Positions 43,979-51,160 of a stretch of DNA of 51,160 nucleotides are shown here, one piece after another. This stretch comes from a virus: IMG/VR virus record IMGVR_UViG_3300037742_000043, positions 1 to 51,160 of that record. One strand, given 5' to 3'. Every line of letters starts with the position of its first letter. The first letter of the stretch is position 1. The notes under the pieces are model-generated. The model did not search any database, had not been told where the DNA came from, and saw nothing but the letters and a program-made list of their open reading frames with translations. A program made the position numbers and the translations under genes.

Positions 43979-44139
43979 GGAAGATCACACAGATCGCAGT
44001 CAGTCCTGACACCAAAGCCACATTCCCCTGTCTCTACGCAGTCTGTGATGACGGCACAGTTTGGTTCATGAACCTTGAACGATCGCGAGGCGTGTGGGAA
44101 AGAGAGGAGCCAATCCCTCAAGACAAGGAGAGTCAATGA
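43975..44139 (+). CDS. hypothetical protein, 54 aa
   Basis: Read by hand. ATGA coupling at both ends. Confidence 0.45.
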   Translation: MRKITQIAVSPDTKATFPCLYAVCDDGTVWFMNLERSRGVWEREEPIPQDKESQ

Positions 44140-44300
44140 GAATAGTTCAATCTCTATTCGATGATCTCTCCCTATTTCCAGCAGCGAAGAGAGATGTGAT
44201 TATCGCGCAAGACAACAAAAAAGATAACATTTTGTTGCAATTTGAGCACATAGATGATCTCATTGCTGCGTTGCAAGAGTTCAAAAGGATAAGATCATGA
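44136..44300 (+). CDS. hypothetical protein, 54 aa
   Basis: Start at internal ATG 44136, coupled. Confidence 0.45.
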   Translation: MRIVQSLFDDLSLFPAAKRDVIIAQDNKKDNILLQFEHIDDLIAALQEFKRIRS

Positions 44301-44515
44301 TCCACTTCATTAACTACAAACTCACTTACGACTATCACGGGAAGATTGGCATATCGGCAGACAGCAGTGCAGAGGCAGAGGAGATTGTCAAGCTTATGAA
44401 AGTCACAGAGTTGCGCGAACTCTCATCTGAATCCGAACACCGTGTCACCGCCAAAGCCGACCGCCCTGTTGATCTGCGCCAACTCACCTTGTTCGAGGAC
44501 GAGACAAGTCCATGA
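44297..44515 (+). CDS. hypothetical protein, 72 aa
   Basis: ATGA coupling. Confidence 0.55.
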   Translation: MIHFINYKLTYDYHGKIGISADSSAEAEEIVKLMKVTELRELSSESEHRVTAKADRPVDLRQLTLFEDETSP

Positions 44516-46008
44516 CAGATCCAAGGATTCCCGGTGTACCAAAGGCAGATTGGGAGCCAATTCAAAACAGCTACAACCTCCTCCTCAATCTTCCCGACTT
44601 CCAACTAAGAGCCCTTGCGCAGATTTATCTCAACACACCTGCCAAGGCAACTCTATGGCTTTCTTATTCAGACGCGTATCGCATCACCCTTGTTTCATAC
44701 TATCATCCCAACAGTCCCTCGTCTGTCTACCTGCCATACCTCTACGACTACGCACTCTGCGTACTCAATGGAATCACACCGGAGAATCCGATGAATTTTA
44801 GCGACCTTAATATCTATTTTCTCAATGACCCGCAGTATGGCGGTGCAGCGGAATACCAATCCCCTACTGCACTTGGCACAGACAACTATCCAGCACTTGC
44901 CGCAATCCTCAATGCAATAGAAGACACCGGAAAAGGCGGCGTCATCATGATCCCCCCATCTCCATACGGCTACTACTTCTCTACCTTCCCCAACATTCGC
45001 CTCGATTACACAAAGATCATGGGCTTCGGCATTGGTGCCACGCGCATTGTCTACGAGCCTGAAGATCCCGGCGAGAACGCGGCGTTTAAATTCTACTCGT
45101 CCGGCGCGACAACTCTTGTCGGATGTGAGATCGGCAACTTCACTCTCGAAGGATTCAACCCCGATCTCCTCTCCCTTTCCGCCAAGAACAATCGCCATAA
45201 AAAGATCGGCATCCTAACCGAATGTGTCTCGCACCTCACCATTCATCCGATTCAGATCAAACTATGGAACACTGGCTCCGCAGTCTATGGCGTAGAGGGC
45301 GGTAGTGAAGGCATTACCTCGCGCGGCAAAGAATTCATCCGCGTCGTCAATCCATACATCATCGCCGACCGACCACTTGTATTCGAAGCCAACACCCGCG
45401 AACCATCCTCCTTCGACGTTGACGAATACAATATTTCAGACTTCGACTTTCGTATGCCTATCGCCCCAGACAAATACGCAGACGAGGCCGCCATCACATT
45501 CGTCGGTGACCTCGATGTACATGAATTAAAAACCACAGGCAAATCCAACATCGCAGGTGGCAGTGGGAATGTATACTGGAACAATAGCGCAGGCACTCAT
45601 GCGTGCAACAATGTGACCTTCAGTGGATGGCGAGCGGAGCAACAGAGCGGTGCTATGAAGAATATTGATCTACGCTTCAACGTCCCTAACCCACTCTTCG
45701 GTCTAGTGATCGACGACGTAACAATGAGTCGCGAAACAGCCGGAATCTATCTCGACGGGTGCCGCGCAAAGATCAGCAATTCATTCTATCCACGATTCGC
45801 AGATCAAGACGCAGGACTTCTTGGGATCGAAATCGGCCCACTCGCTGCCGAGTCTAGCGAAACAATCATTGACAACTTTCTCCTCCCCGACACCAACACA
45901 GTTGACTCAGCCATTCTCTACGACTGGGGCACCAAGACAGTCCAATTTACCACCGCAGATGAACAAACCGGATTCAATCAACTCGCGAGTCGGATGACGA
46001 TTCGATGA
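44512..46008 (+). CDS. pectate-lyase-superfamily beta-helix protein (putative depolymerase/tailspike), 498 aa
   Basis: YPALAAILNAIEDTGKGGVIMIPPSPYGYYFS matches the Pectate_lyase_3 N-terminal signature (d.t.Aiq.Ai....gG.v..P.G.Y). Beta-helix-like rungs follow. Confidence 0.6.
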   Translation: MTDPRIPGVPKADWEPIQNSYNLLLNLPDFQLRALAQIYLNTPAKATLWLSYSDAYRITLVSYYHPNSPSSVYLPYLYDYALCVLNGITPENPMNFSDLNIYFLNDPQYGGAAEYQSPTALGTDNYPALAAILNAIEDTGKGGVIMIPPSPYGYYFSTFPNIRLDYTKIMGFGIGATRIVYEPEDPGENAAFKFYSSGATTLVGCEIGNFTLEGFNPDLLSLSAKNNRHKKIGILTECVSHLTIHPIQIKLWNTGSAVYGVEGGSEGITSRGKEFIRVVNPYIIADRPLVFEANTREPSSFDVDEYNISDFDFRMPIAPDKYADEAAITFVGDLDVHELKTTGKSNIAGGSGNVYWNNSAGTHACNNVTFSGWRAEQQSGAMKNIDLRFNVPNPLFGLVIDDVTMSRETAGIYLDGCRAKISNSFYPRFADQDAGLLGIEIGPLAAESSETIIDNFLLPDTNTVDSAILYDWGTKTVQFTTADEQTGFNQLASRMTIR

Positions 46009-46173
46009 TCATGCTGTAACCATCATTGCAATCTGGTCGGCGCAGTTCGGTCCCCAAGCCAATCTCTGTCTTCTCACTACGATCTTGCCCGACGCCAGAC
46101 CGGCCCGCTTCTGGGCCGGGGCTGCGCGGTTGCAGTTTGCTCCCCTATCCCAACCACCAATAAGGAAAAGGTT

Positions 46174-46371
46174 ATGAGAATTATAGACCAAAATGACGAA
46201 CAAGATCGCAGAGTCATCACAGTAGAGTTTGACAGCGTAGATCTTATGAAGCTGCATCGAAGAACCTTAGCAAGGTTTCACAATGTTCTACACGACATGC
46301 TAAACGAACTCTATCCGGAAGTAGATGAAGATGATAAGCAAGAAGAAAGTCAATCACATCGGTCCACTTGA
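46174..46371 (+). CDS. hypothetical acidic protein, 65 aa
   Basis: AAGGAAAAGG RBS. Its 3' end overlaps the polA-N start. Confidence 0.45.
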   Translation: MRIIDQNDEQDRRVITVEFDSVDLMKLHRRTLARFHNVLHDMLNELYPEVDEDDKQEESQSHRST

Positions 46372-47962
46372 TGCCTCGATCTTCATCCTCGGAAAAGCGC
46401 CCGGAGCAGACGAGGATCATTATGGCATTCCATTTGTAGGCCAAATCGGTAAGTTTCTCGACCATTGCCTTTCTCTCGCCGGAATAGATCGAGAATCCTG
46501 CCGCATCGGAAATGTCTGCAACTACAAACCAACAAGAAACATCTTCGCAATTCTGAAAGACTCTGATCAACTAAAGGAATCTCATGCCGAACTCTCTGCT
46601 TACTTGGAAACGTACAGACCTCGCATTATCATCGCTCTTGGAAATGAAGCTTTGCGATATCTTAGACATCACGATGGAATCTCTAATTGGCGAGGAAGTG
46701 TCTTACCATATTCACATAATTCATTCATCATACCGACCTACCACCCTGCTGACGCCATCCGAGACGGAACCTTCGCCCCACAAGTTGTCTTCGATCTCAC
46801 CAAGGCCAAGCGAGTTTTAGATCATGGCTACACCAGACCAGTCCATGACTTCGTAATCGACCCGCACCCTGATCAACTCGAATCAATCCTAGAAGAGGTG
46901 CGCAATGCCCCGTTCATCGCCGCCGACATTGAAACAGGAATGTCAACGTCTTATGTCAAGTGTTTCGGCTTCGCAGTCAGTTCAAACAGAGCCTTTACCT
47001 TCCGAAATCATTACGATGTTGGTATCGAGCAATCTTTTTCCAAGATGGTATCTGCTGTTATATCAGCAGCCAAGGAGATCGTCTACCACAACGGCAGCTA
47101 CGACACCTCGCAACTAAGAGACAATCATGTCGAATACGCAGAAAGGCTTGACTATGACACCATGCTCGCCCAGCGAGTCCTCGAACCTGACCTTCCAATC
47201 GGTCTCGCCTTCTGTGCCTCTATCTACACCGACGAACCGTACTACAAAAACGACGGAAAGGAAACAGGCAAGCGCATTACGTGGGAGAAACTTGCACCGT
47301 ACAATTGTATCGACTGTATTGTTACATGGCAGACGAGGGTTGAGCAAGAAAAGATTTTCGCGCTGGATAGTATTCTCGATACTGACAGGAAATTCATATT
47401 CAGCCGTATACCCCTTATGCAAGAATTTCAGCGCAATGGGATGCTGGTTGATGAAGAAAGAAGGGATACGCTTCGCAGATCGACACAGGCCAAGCTATCA
47501 CAATCAGAAAGGATTGTTAACATATCCACCGGCTACTCTCTTAACTTCCGAAGCTCTAAGCAAGTAAAGTCGCTTCTTTACGACATTCTAAAACTACCGA
47601 TCAGAAAGAAGCGAAACGCAAGTGGCGAAGAAGTAATCTCCGCCGACGAAGACGCAATTGTCTCCCTTATCCAATACGTTCAAGGGCAAATAGATGACAA
47701 AAAGACAAATACGGGTAGAGATCCGTGGCTCCTTCGACTTTATGCCCTCAAGAGTATCCTCGATATTAGAGGCAATGAGAAGCTTATTTCTTCCTACTTC
47801 GATGCAGCATCATCCGCCGACGGACGCATACGTTCCTCCTACTATCCTGCTGGAACAGACACAGGAAGATGGAGTTGTGGTACTTACGTTGACGGAACAG
47901 GATTGAATGCGCAAACACTCCCAAGACTTGAAATCGAAATCACTACTCAACAGGAGGCATGA
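46325..47962 (+). CDS. polA: DNA polymerase A, N-terminal piece: UDG-like domain + 3'-5' exonuclease + N-terminal part of the polymerase domain, 545 aa
   Basis: UDG family-4-like GKAPGADEDHYGIPFVGQIGKFL...HPA. Exo motifs FIAADIETG, YHNGSYD, YNCID. DGRIRSSYYPAGTDTGRWS...NAQTLP, then a stop 12 codons later. Confidence 0.8.
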   Translation: MKMISKKKVNHIGPLDASIFILGKAPGADEDHYGIPFVGQIGKFLDHCLSLAGIDRESCRIGNVCNYKPTRNIFAILKDSDQLKESHAELSAYLETYRPRIIIALGNEALRYLRHHDGISNWRGSVLPYSHNSFIIPTYHPADAIRDGTFAPQVVFDLTKAKRVLDHGYTRPVHDFVIDPHPDQLESILEEVRNAPFIAADIETGMSTSYVKCFGFAVSSNRAFTFRNHYDVGIEQSFSKMVSAVISAAKEIVYHNGSYDTSQLRDNHVEYAERLDYDTMLAQRVLEPDLPIGLAFCASIYTDEPYYKNDGKETGKRITWEKLAPYNCIDCIVTWQTRVEQEKIFALDSILDTDRKFIFSRIPLMQEFQRNGMLVDEERRDTLRRSTQAKLSQSERIVNISTGYSLNFRSSKQVKSLLYDILKLPIRKKRNASGEEVISADEDAIVSLIQYVQGQIDDKKTNTGRDPWLLRLYALKSILDIRGNEKLISSYFDAASSADGRIRSSYYPAGTDTGRWSCGTYVDGTGLNAQTLPRLEIEITTQQEA

Positions 47963-47965
47963 ATC

Positions 47966-48211
47966 ATGGCTGGATCATTCAACCATCTAGTTGACGAGGA
48001 TGGTACGTATCACTCAGATAATGTAGAGAACATGAAGGATTGTGGCGAGGCACTACGAGATTGCTGGCGAATCATCTATGCTTTAGCAAAAGGGAACTCA
48101 AAGAAGATCTCAAAGGTTTGTCAAGAAATAGGAACCGTAGATCCTTGGAGCGAAGAGTACGGCGAAGCAAGAAAGAAGAAGATGCAACCTCTTAAGAAGG
48201 ATGTATGGTGA
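47966..48211 (+). CDS. intervening ORF 1, 81 aa
   Basis: AGGAGG RBS, starts 4 nt after the polA-N stop. Confidence 0.55.
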   Translation: MAGSFNHLVDEDGTYHSDNVENMKDCGEALRDCWRIIYALAKGNSKKISKVCQEIGTVDPWSEEYGEARKKKMQPLKKDVW

Positions 48212-48268
48212 ACGCGCAGAAAGGAATGATAATCACACAGACTTTACCTCGACTGGATATGGAGATTC

Positions 48269-48469
48269 ATGAAAATTGTCCCGACGAAAGAGAAGCTGTC
48301 ATCCTTGCAGCTAACGCTGTTTGAAAAGAAACAACAAGATCGGTGGATTTGGCGAGATATTATAGCTCAAGCTAGAGGTCAAGCTCTCGAAGATCCGCAT
48401 GATCTCTGGGGTCATTGGGGTAGCGATGAGGAACTCGATGACCTACGTTATGGTCGCGGCGAATACTAA
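48269..48469 (+). CDS. intervening ORF 2, 66 aa (weak similarity to ORF 1)
   Basis: GGAG RBS lies inside junction-repeat copy B. IWRDIIAQARG resembles CWRIIYALAKG of ORF 1. Confidence 0.55.
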   Translation: MKIVPTKEKLSSLQLTLFEKKQQDRWIWRDIIAQARGQALEDPHDLWGHWGSDEELDDLRYGRGEY

Positions 48470-48499
48470 TCCTTCCACGACTGGAGATAGAGATAGACG

Positions 48500-48700
48500 A
48501 TGAGGTTCAATAACTTAACAGACGAACAACTCAACAAACTAGTTCAGCAGTTTGAGTCAGCTATCGCTCTTGCCAATAACACTGGAACGGTTCATTTCGC
48601 CCTCGACGCTCTCAACGAAGTACAAGGCGAGATTAATCGAAGACAAGAGTTGAGGCTCAAGCAAGAAGTTCCAAGTTGGTGGCAAGGCTTGTTGAGATGA
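48500..48700 (+). CDS. intervening ORF 3, 66 aa
   Basis: RBS lies inside junction-repeat copy C. ATGA coupling to polA-C. Confidence 0.55.
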   Translation: MRFNNLTDEQLNKLVQQFESAIALANNTGTVHFALDALNEVQGEINRRQELRLKQEVPSWWQGLLR

Positions 48701-49542
48701 GCGCTCTCCCAATCCAATCTGCAAAGAAAAAAGCCGCTATTCGATCCTTCATCACTTGCGCCCCCGCCAACGTACTCATCGAACTCGACCTCAGCGCAGC
48801 AGAAAGCTGGTGCGTAGCTCATCTCGCGAATGATCAGAACATGATTCAGCAGTTAGAGCTAGGACAGCTTCATCAGTATTCTGCGCGGATGATCTTCCGC
48901 GATCCATCAATCACCAAGGCGAACAAGACCGAGTACTACATCGGCAAACGAATGAACCATCTTTGCGGTTACCGTGGCAGTCCTGAGATGCTAACAACAA
49001 CAATCAACAAAGATGGCGAGATCACAGTCGCACTAAGACAGATCAAAGTCTACCACAAGCTCTGGCACTCAACCTACAACATCACAAATTGGTGGGCCGA
49101 CATTGAGCGACGACTGCGAAATAACGATGGAACGCTCATTACTGCTTACGGAAAGAAACGGAAGTTCTGGGGTTTTTTTAATAGCGATCTACTTAAGGCC
49201 GCCACAGCCTTTGAGCCTCAGAGTCTGGTGTCATATCATATGGACGGTGCTGTCCATCCTGACATCGGCATTCCGGGAGGCTTACTCGAAATCCAAAGAC
49301 AAATCACAATCCCATATCCATCTATCAGACTCATTAACACATCACACGACAGCGTCCTCATCGAATGCCCTCGGCCCATCTCACTGGAAATAGCCCTACG
49401 TTGTAAAGCCTTACTTACTCGGCCATTGATGATTCATGGCCAGACCTTTACTATCCCGGTGGATTGTGAGCGATACGATAGAAGATGGAAGGAAGACGGA
49501 GAGCGACTTGTCGGTGAACGGTTCGAGAGCATTGGTCATTGA
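48697..49542 (+). CDS. polA: DNA polymerase A, C-terminal piece (motifs A, B, C), 281 aa
   Basis: Start at ATG 48697 (ATGA coupling). LPIQSAKKKAAIRSF, motif A LIELDLSAAESW, motif B GKRMNHLCGYRGS, motif C TSHDSVLIE. Confidence 0.8.
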   Translation: MSALPIQSAKKKAAIRSFITCAPANVLIELDLSAAESWCVAHLANDQNMIQQLELGQLHQYSARMIFRDPSITKANKTEYYIGKRMNHLCGYRGSPEMLTTTINKDGEITVALRQIKVYHKLWHSTYNITNWWADIERRLRNNDGTLITAYGKKRKFWGFFNSDLLKAATAFEPQSLVSYHMDGAVHPDIGIPGGLLEIQRQITIPYPSIRLINTSHDSVLIECPRPISLEIALRCKALLTRPLMIHGQTFTIPVDCERYDRRWKEDGERLVGERFESIGH

Positions 49543-50812
49543 GAAGCCGAAGCGACGACTGGATGATTGGATTACAAGCTATATCGAATGGGTGACGCCG
49601 AGAGTGCGAGTGCCGCCACAGTACACTGCATGGTGCAGCATCTTTGCCCTTTCAACTGCACTCGAAAGAAAGGTCAAGATCCCCCGCAAGTATCTTGGCG
49701 GATTCGACTGCGATCCATTCCTTTTCATCATGCTCATCGGTGACCCCGGCATCGGCAAGGGCACATCCATGAGTCAAGTGAAGCATCTTCTCTACCGCGT
49801 CGGATGTCTGAATCGAGGCGAGAACATTTTTACGAAGGAACGACTGTTTCAACAACTCGTCGAACTCCCTCGTTCATCAGTGTATCTCATCCTCGGCGAA
49901 TTCGCAGACGTTCTACAGAAGAACAAGAATGATGTCTTTGACCTGTTGTTGACGCTCTACGACGGCACCGACGAGATCAGCGAAGGCACACGTATGCGAT
50001 CCAAGGAAATTGCTGTTCGGCCTTGTCTCAACTTCATCGCTGGAACAACCTCTGCATGGATCATTGAGAACATTACCTCTGGAATTATCGGAGGTGGACT
50101 CCCATCACGCATAAGTTGGGTCTACGCTGACTCCGACGAAGCTGGCCCCATCAAAGTCTTCTACGACGAAGATGTAGAATCCGATGCATTCGACGCCCTT
50201 GAAGACGATCTAGTCCATGACCTTGAGATCATTGCGAACATGGAAGGGGATATGAAGCTTACTCGTGGAAGGGTTCGCAACAGCATGGACCCTGACCTTG
50301 CCAAGTACGGTGACGAAAACGCAGGCGCATGGTTCGAATCATGGTGCCAGTCGAATCGTCTCACTGTTGAAGACCCGAATATGCAGAACTTCTTCGCCCG
50401 CAAACGTACACATCTGCATAAGATCGCGATGATCCGATCAATCTCATTACGAGATGACATGGTAATCACCATCGCAGACTATGAATTCGCAATCAACGCA
50501 GTTGAAAAGACAGAGAAAAAGGTCCATAAAGTCCTTGGTCGCATGGGCAAGAACATCTATGTCGAAGACACGATGCGGATTCGGACATACATTACAGAGA
50601 ACGGACCAGTAGATGATGAGGAGATTCGCCAACGATTCGAGTCCGCCGCTGAACCTCGCAAGCTCGACGACCTCATTCGAGGCATGGAACTCGCAGGCAT
50701 CATCGCTAAGATGCCAACTCATCTCCTACCTGACGGAAAGAAGCACAAAACATTCTGGGTACTTCGCGATGCACTAGAGGGGATTATGAAATCACTACCG
50801 AGGCCAGCATGA
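49436..50812 (+). CDS. P-loop NTPase, DUF3987/helicase-like (start uncertain), up to 458 aa
   Basis: LIGDPGIGKGTS (Walker A-like; K is followed by G), VYLILGEF (Walker B-like). ATG 49436 overlaps polA-C by 107 nt. TTG 49508 is preceded by GGAGAG. Confidence 0.45.
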   Translation: MARPLLSRWIVSDTIEDGRKTESDLSVNGSRALVIEKPKRRLDDWITSYIEWVTPRVRVPPQYTAWCSIFALSTALERKVKIPRKYLGGFDCDPFLFIMLIGDPGIGKGTSMSQVKHLLYRVGCLNRGENIFTKERLFQQLVELPRSSVYLILGEFADVLQKNKNDVFDLLLTLYDGTDEISEGTRMRSKEIAVRPCLNFIAGTTSAWIIENITSGIIGGGLPSRISWVYADSDEAGPIKVFYDEDVESDAFDALEDDLVHDLEIIANMEGDMKLTRGRVRNSMDPDLAKYGDENAGAWFESWCQSNRLTVEDPNMQNFFARKRTHLHKIAMIRSISLRDDMVITIADYEFAINAVEKTEKKVHKVLGRMGKNIYVEDTMRIRTYITENGPVDDEEIRQRFESAAEPRKLDDLIRGMELAGIIAKMPTHLLPDGKKHKTFWVLRDALEGIMKSLPRPA

Positions 50813-51027
50813 TAGACAGAAAAAAGCGCATTGAGGATTACGATGAAGAGAAATCGAAACCTCACTATCTCTTTCACGAAGATGGTACTCCTCATTACAG
50901 AAAGGCCGAGACAGGTTGTTGCGATGGGTTTGGGGAAGTATGCGAAGCATGTGGCGGCTTCTGTCATTACCAACCTGTCTACGGTGGTTATTACTACAAA
51001 TGCGAAGACTGTTTAAAGACACAATAA
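50809..51027 (+). CDS. Cys-rich (zinc-binding?) protein, 72 aa
   Basis: ATGA coupling. CCDGFGEVCEACGGFC...YKCEDC. Last gene before the terminator. Confidence 0.55.
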   Translation: MIDRKKRIEDYDEEKSKPHYLFHEDGTPHYRKAETGCCDGFGEVCEACGGFCHYQPVYGGYYYKCEDCLKTQ

Positions 51028-51033
51028 GAAAAA

Positions 51034-51160
51034 CAAAAAGGCCCGATCATCCAATCACTCGGATGTCGGGCTCTTTTCTTCCTTCGCTCGGCTTCTCTAG
51101 TCTTTGATGCCTTTGTACAGCTCCATCGCCTGCCGCGCAGTAAGTATTCGCAACGCCACC
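51034..51160. repeat. terminal direct repeat, copy 2 (identical to 1-127)
   Basis: Exact 127-nt match to the window start. Confidence 0.95.

Noticed and set aside
47963-48696. Group I intron, intein or translational bypass as an explanation for the split polA
   Set aside because: The gap is filled by three RBS-preceded, coupled ORFs, and there are no intein splice-junction residues. I saw no intron-like core. About 790 nt is far beyond known ribosomal hops, despite the matching CTCCCA codons.
1-51160. Stop-codon reassignment or suppressor-tRNA usage
   Set aside because: All large late and replication genes are intact in the standard code. The tRNA-like element does not present a stop anticodon in a canonical loop.
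1-51160. CRISPR arrays, rRNA, transposases
   Set aside because: I saw no regularly spaced direct repeats, rRNA-like sequence or transposase motifs while reading both strands.

Overview
This window is a complete tailed-phage genome of about 51.0 kb. Nt 1-127 recur exactly at 51034-51160, so the unique unit is 51033 bp, either a circular assembly or terminally redundant. Two convergent super-operons fill it. The minus-strand late block (25346 down to 64) encodes a beta-helix fibre-like protein, a triple-repeat protein, TerS, a GIY-YIG gene, TerL, an HNH gene, portal, a scaffold-like protein, a decoration-like protein, an HK97-type capsid protein, adaptor/tail proteins, a GNAT-like protein, a Q/N-rich protein and a 1120-aa core-like protein. 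The plus-strand early/replication block (25846 to 51027) holds about 65 mostly small, translationally coupled ORFs. Among them are a Lar-like protein, an HNH cassette, a Cas4/RecB-like nuclease, a Sak4-like ATPase, a DUF669-like protein, a GroES-like protein, a second beta-helix protein, a UDG-like::PolA gene split in two, and a P-loop helicase-like protein. The operons diverge from a 0.5-kb control region (25347-25845) and meet at a bidirectional terminator at the repeat junction. I saw no integrase, repressor, RNA polymerase, CRISPR array, rRNA or recognisable endolysin. Most noteworthy: (1) the DNA polymerase is interrupted by three small ORFs, each preceded by a diverged copy of the split junction; (2) two further insertions carry a duplicated 5' end of the target gene, one of them an HNH cassette; (3) three ORF-free regions contain strong nested secondary structure: a three-way-junction element at 41484-41711, a tRNA-like element, and a roughly 240-nt imperfect inverted repeat at 26490-26726; (4) a GNAT-like gene sits among the virion/ejection genes; (5) a GC-rich island lies at 32.2-34.3 kb. 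All functional calls rest on motifs read by eye and on gene order. No database search was run.
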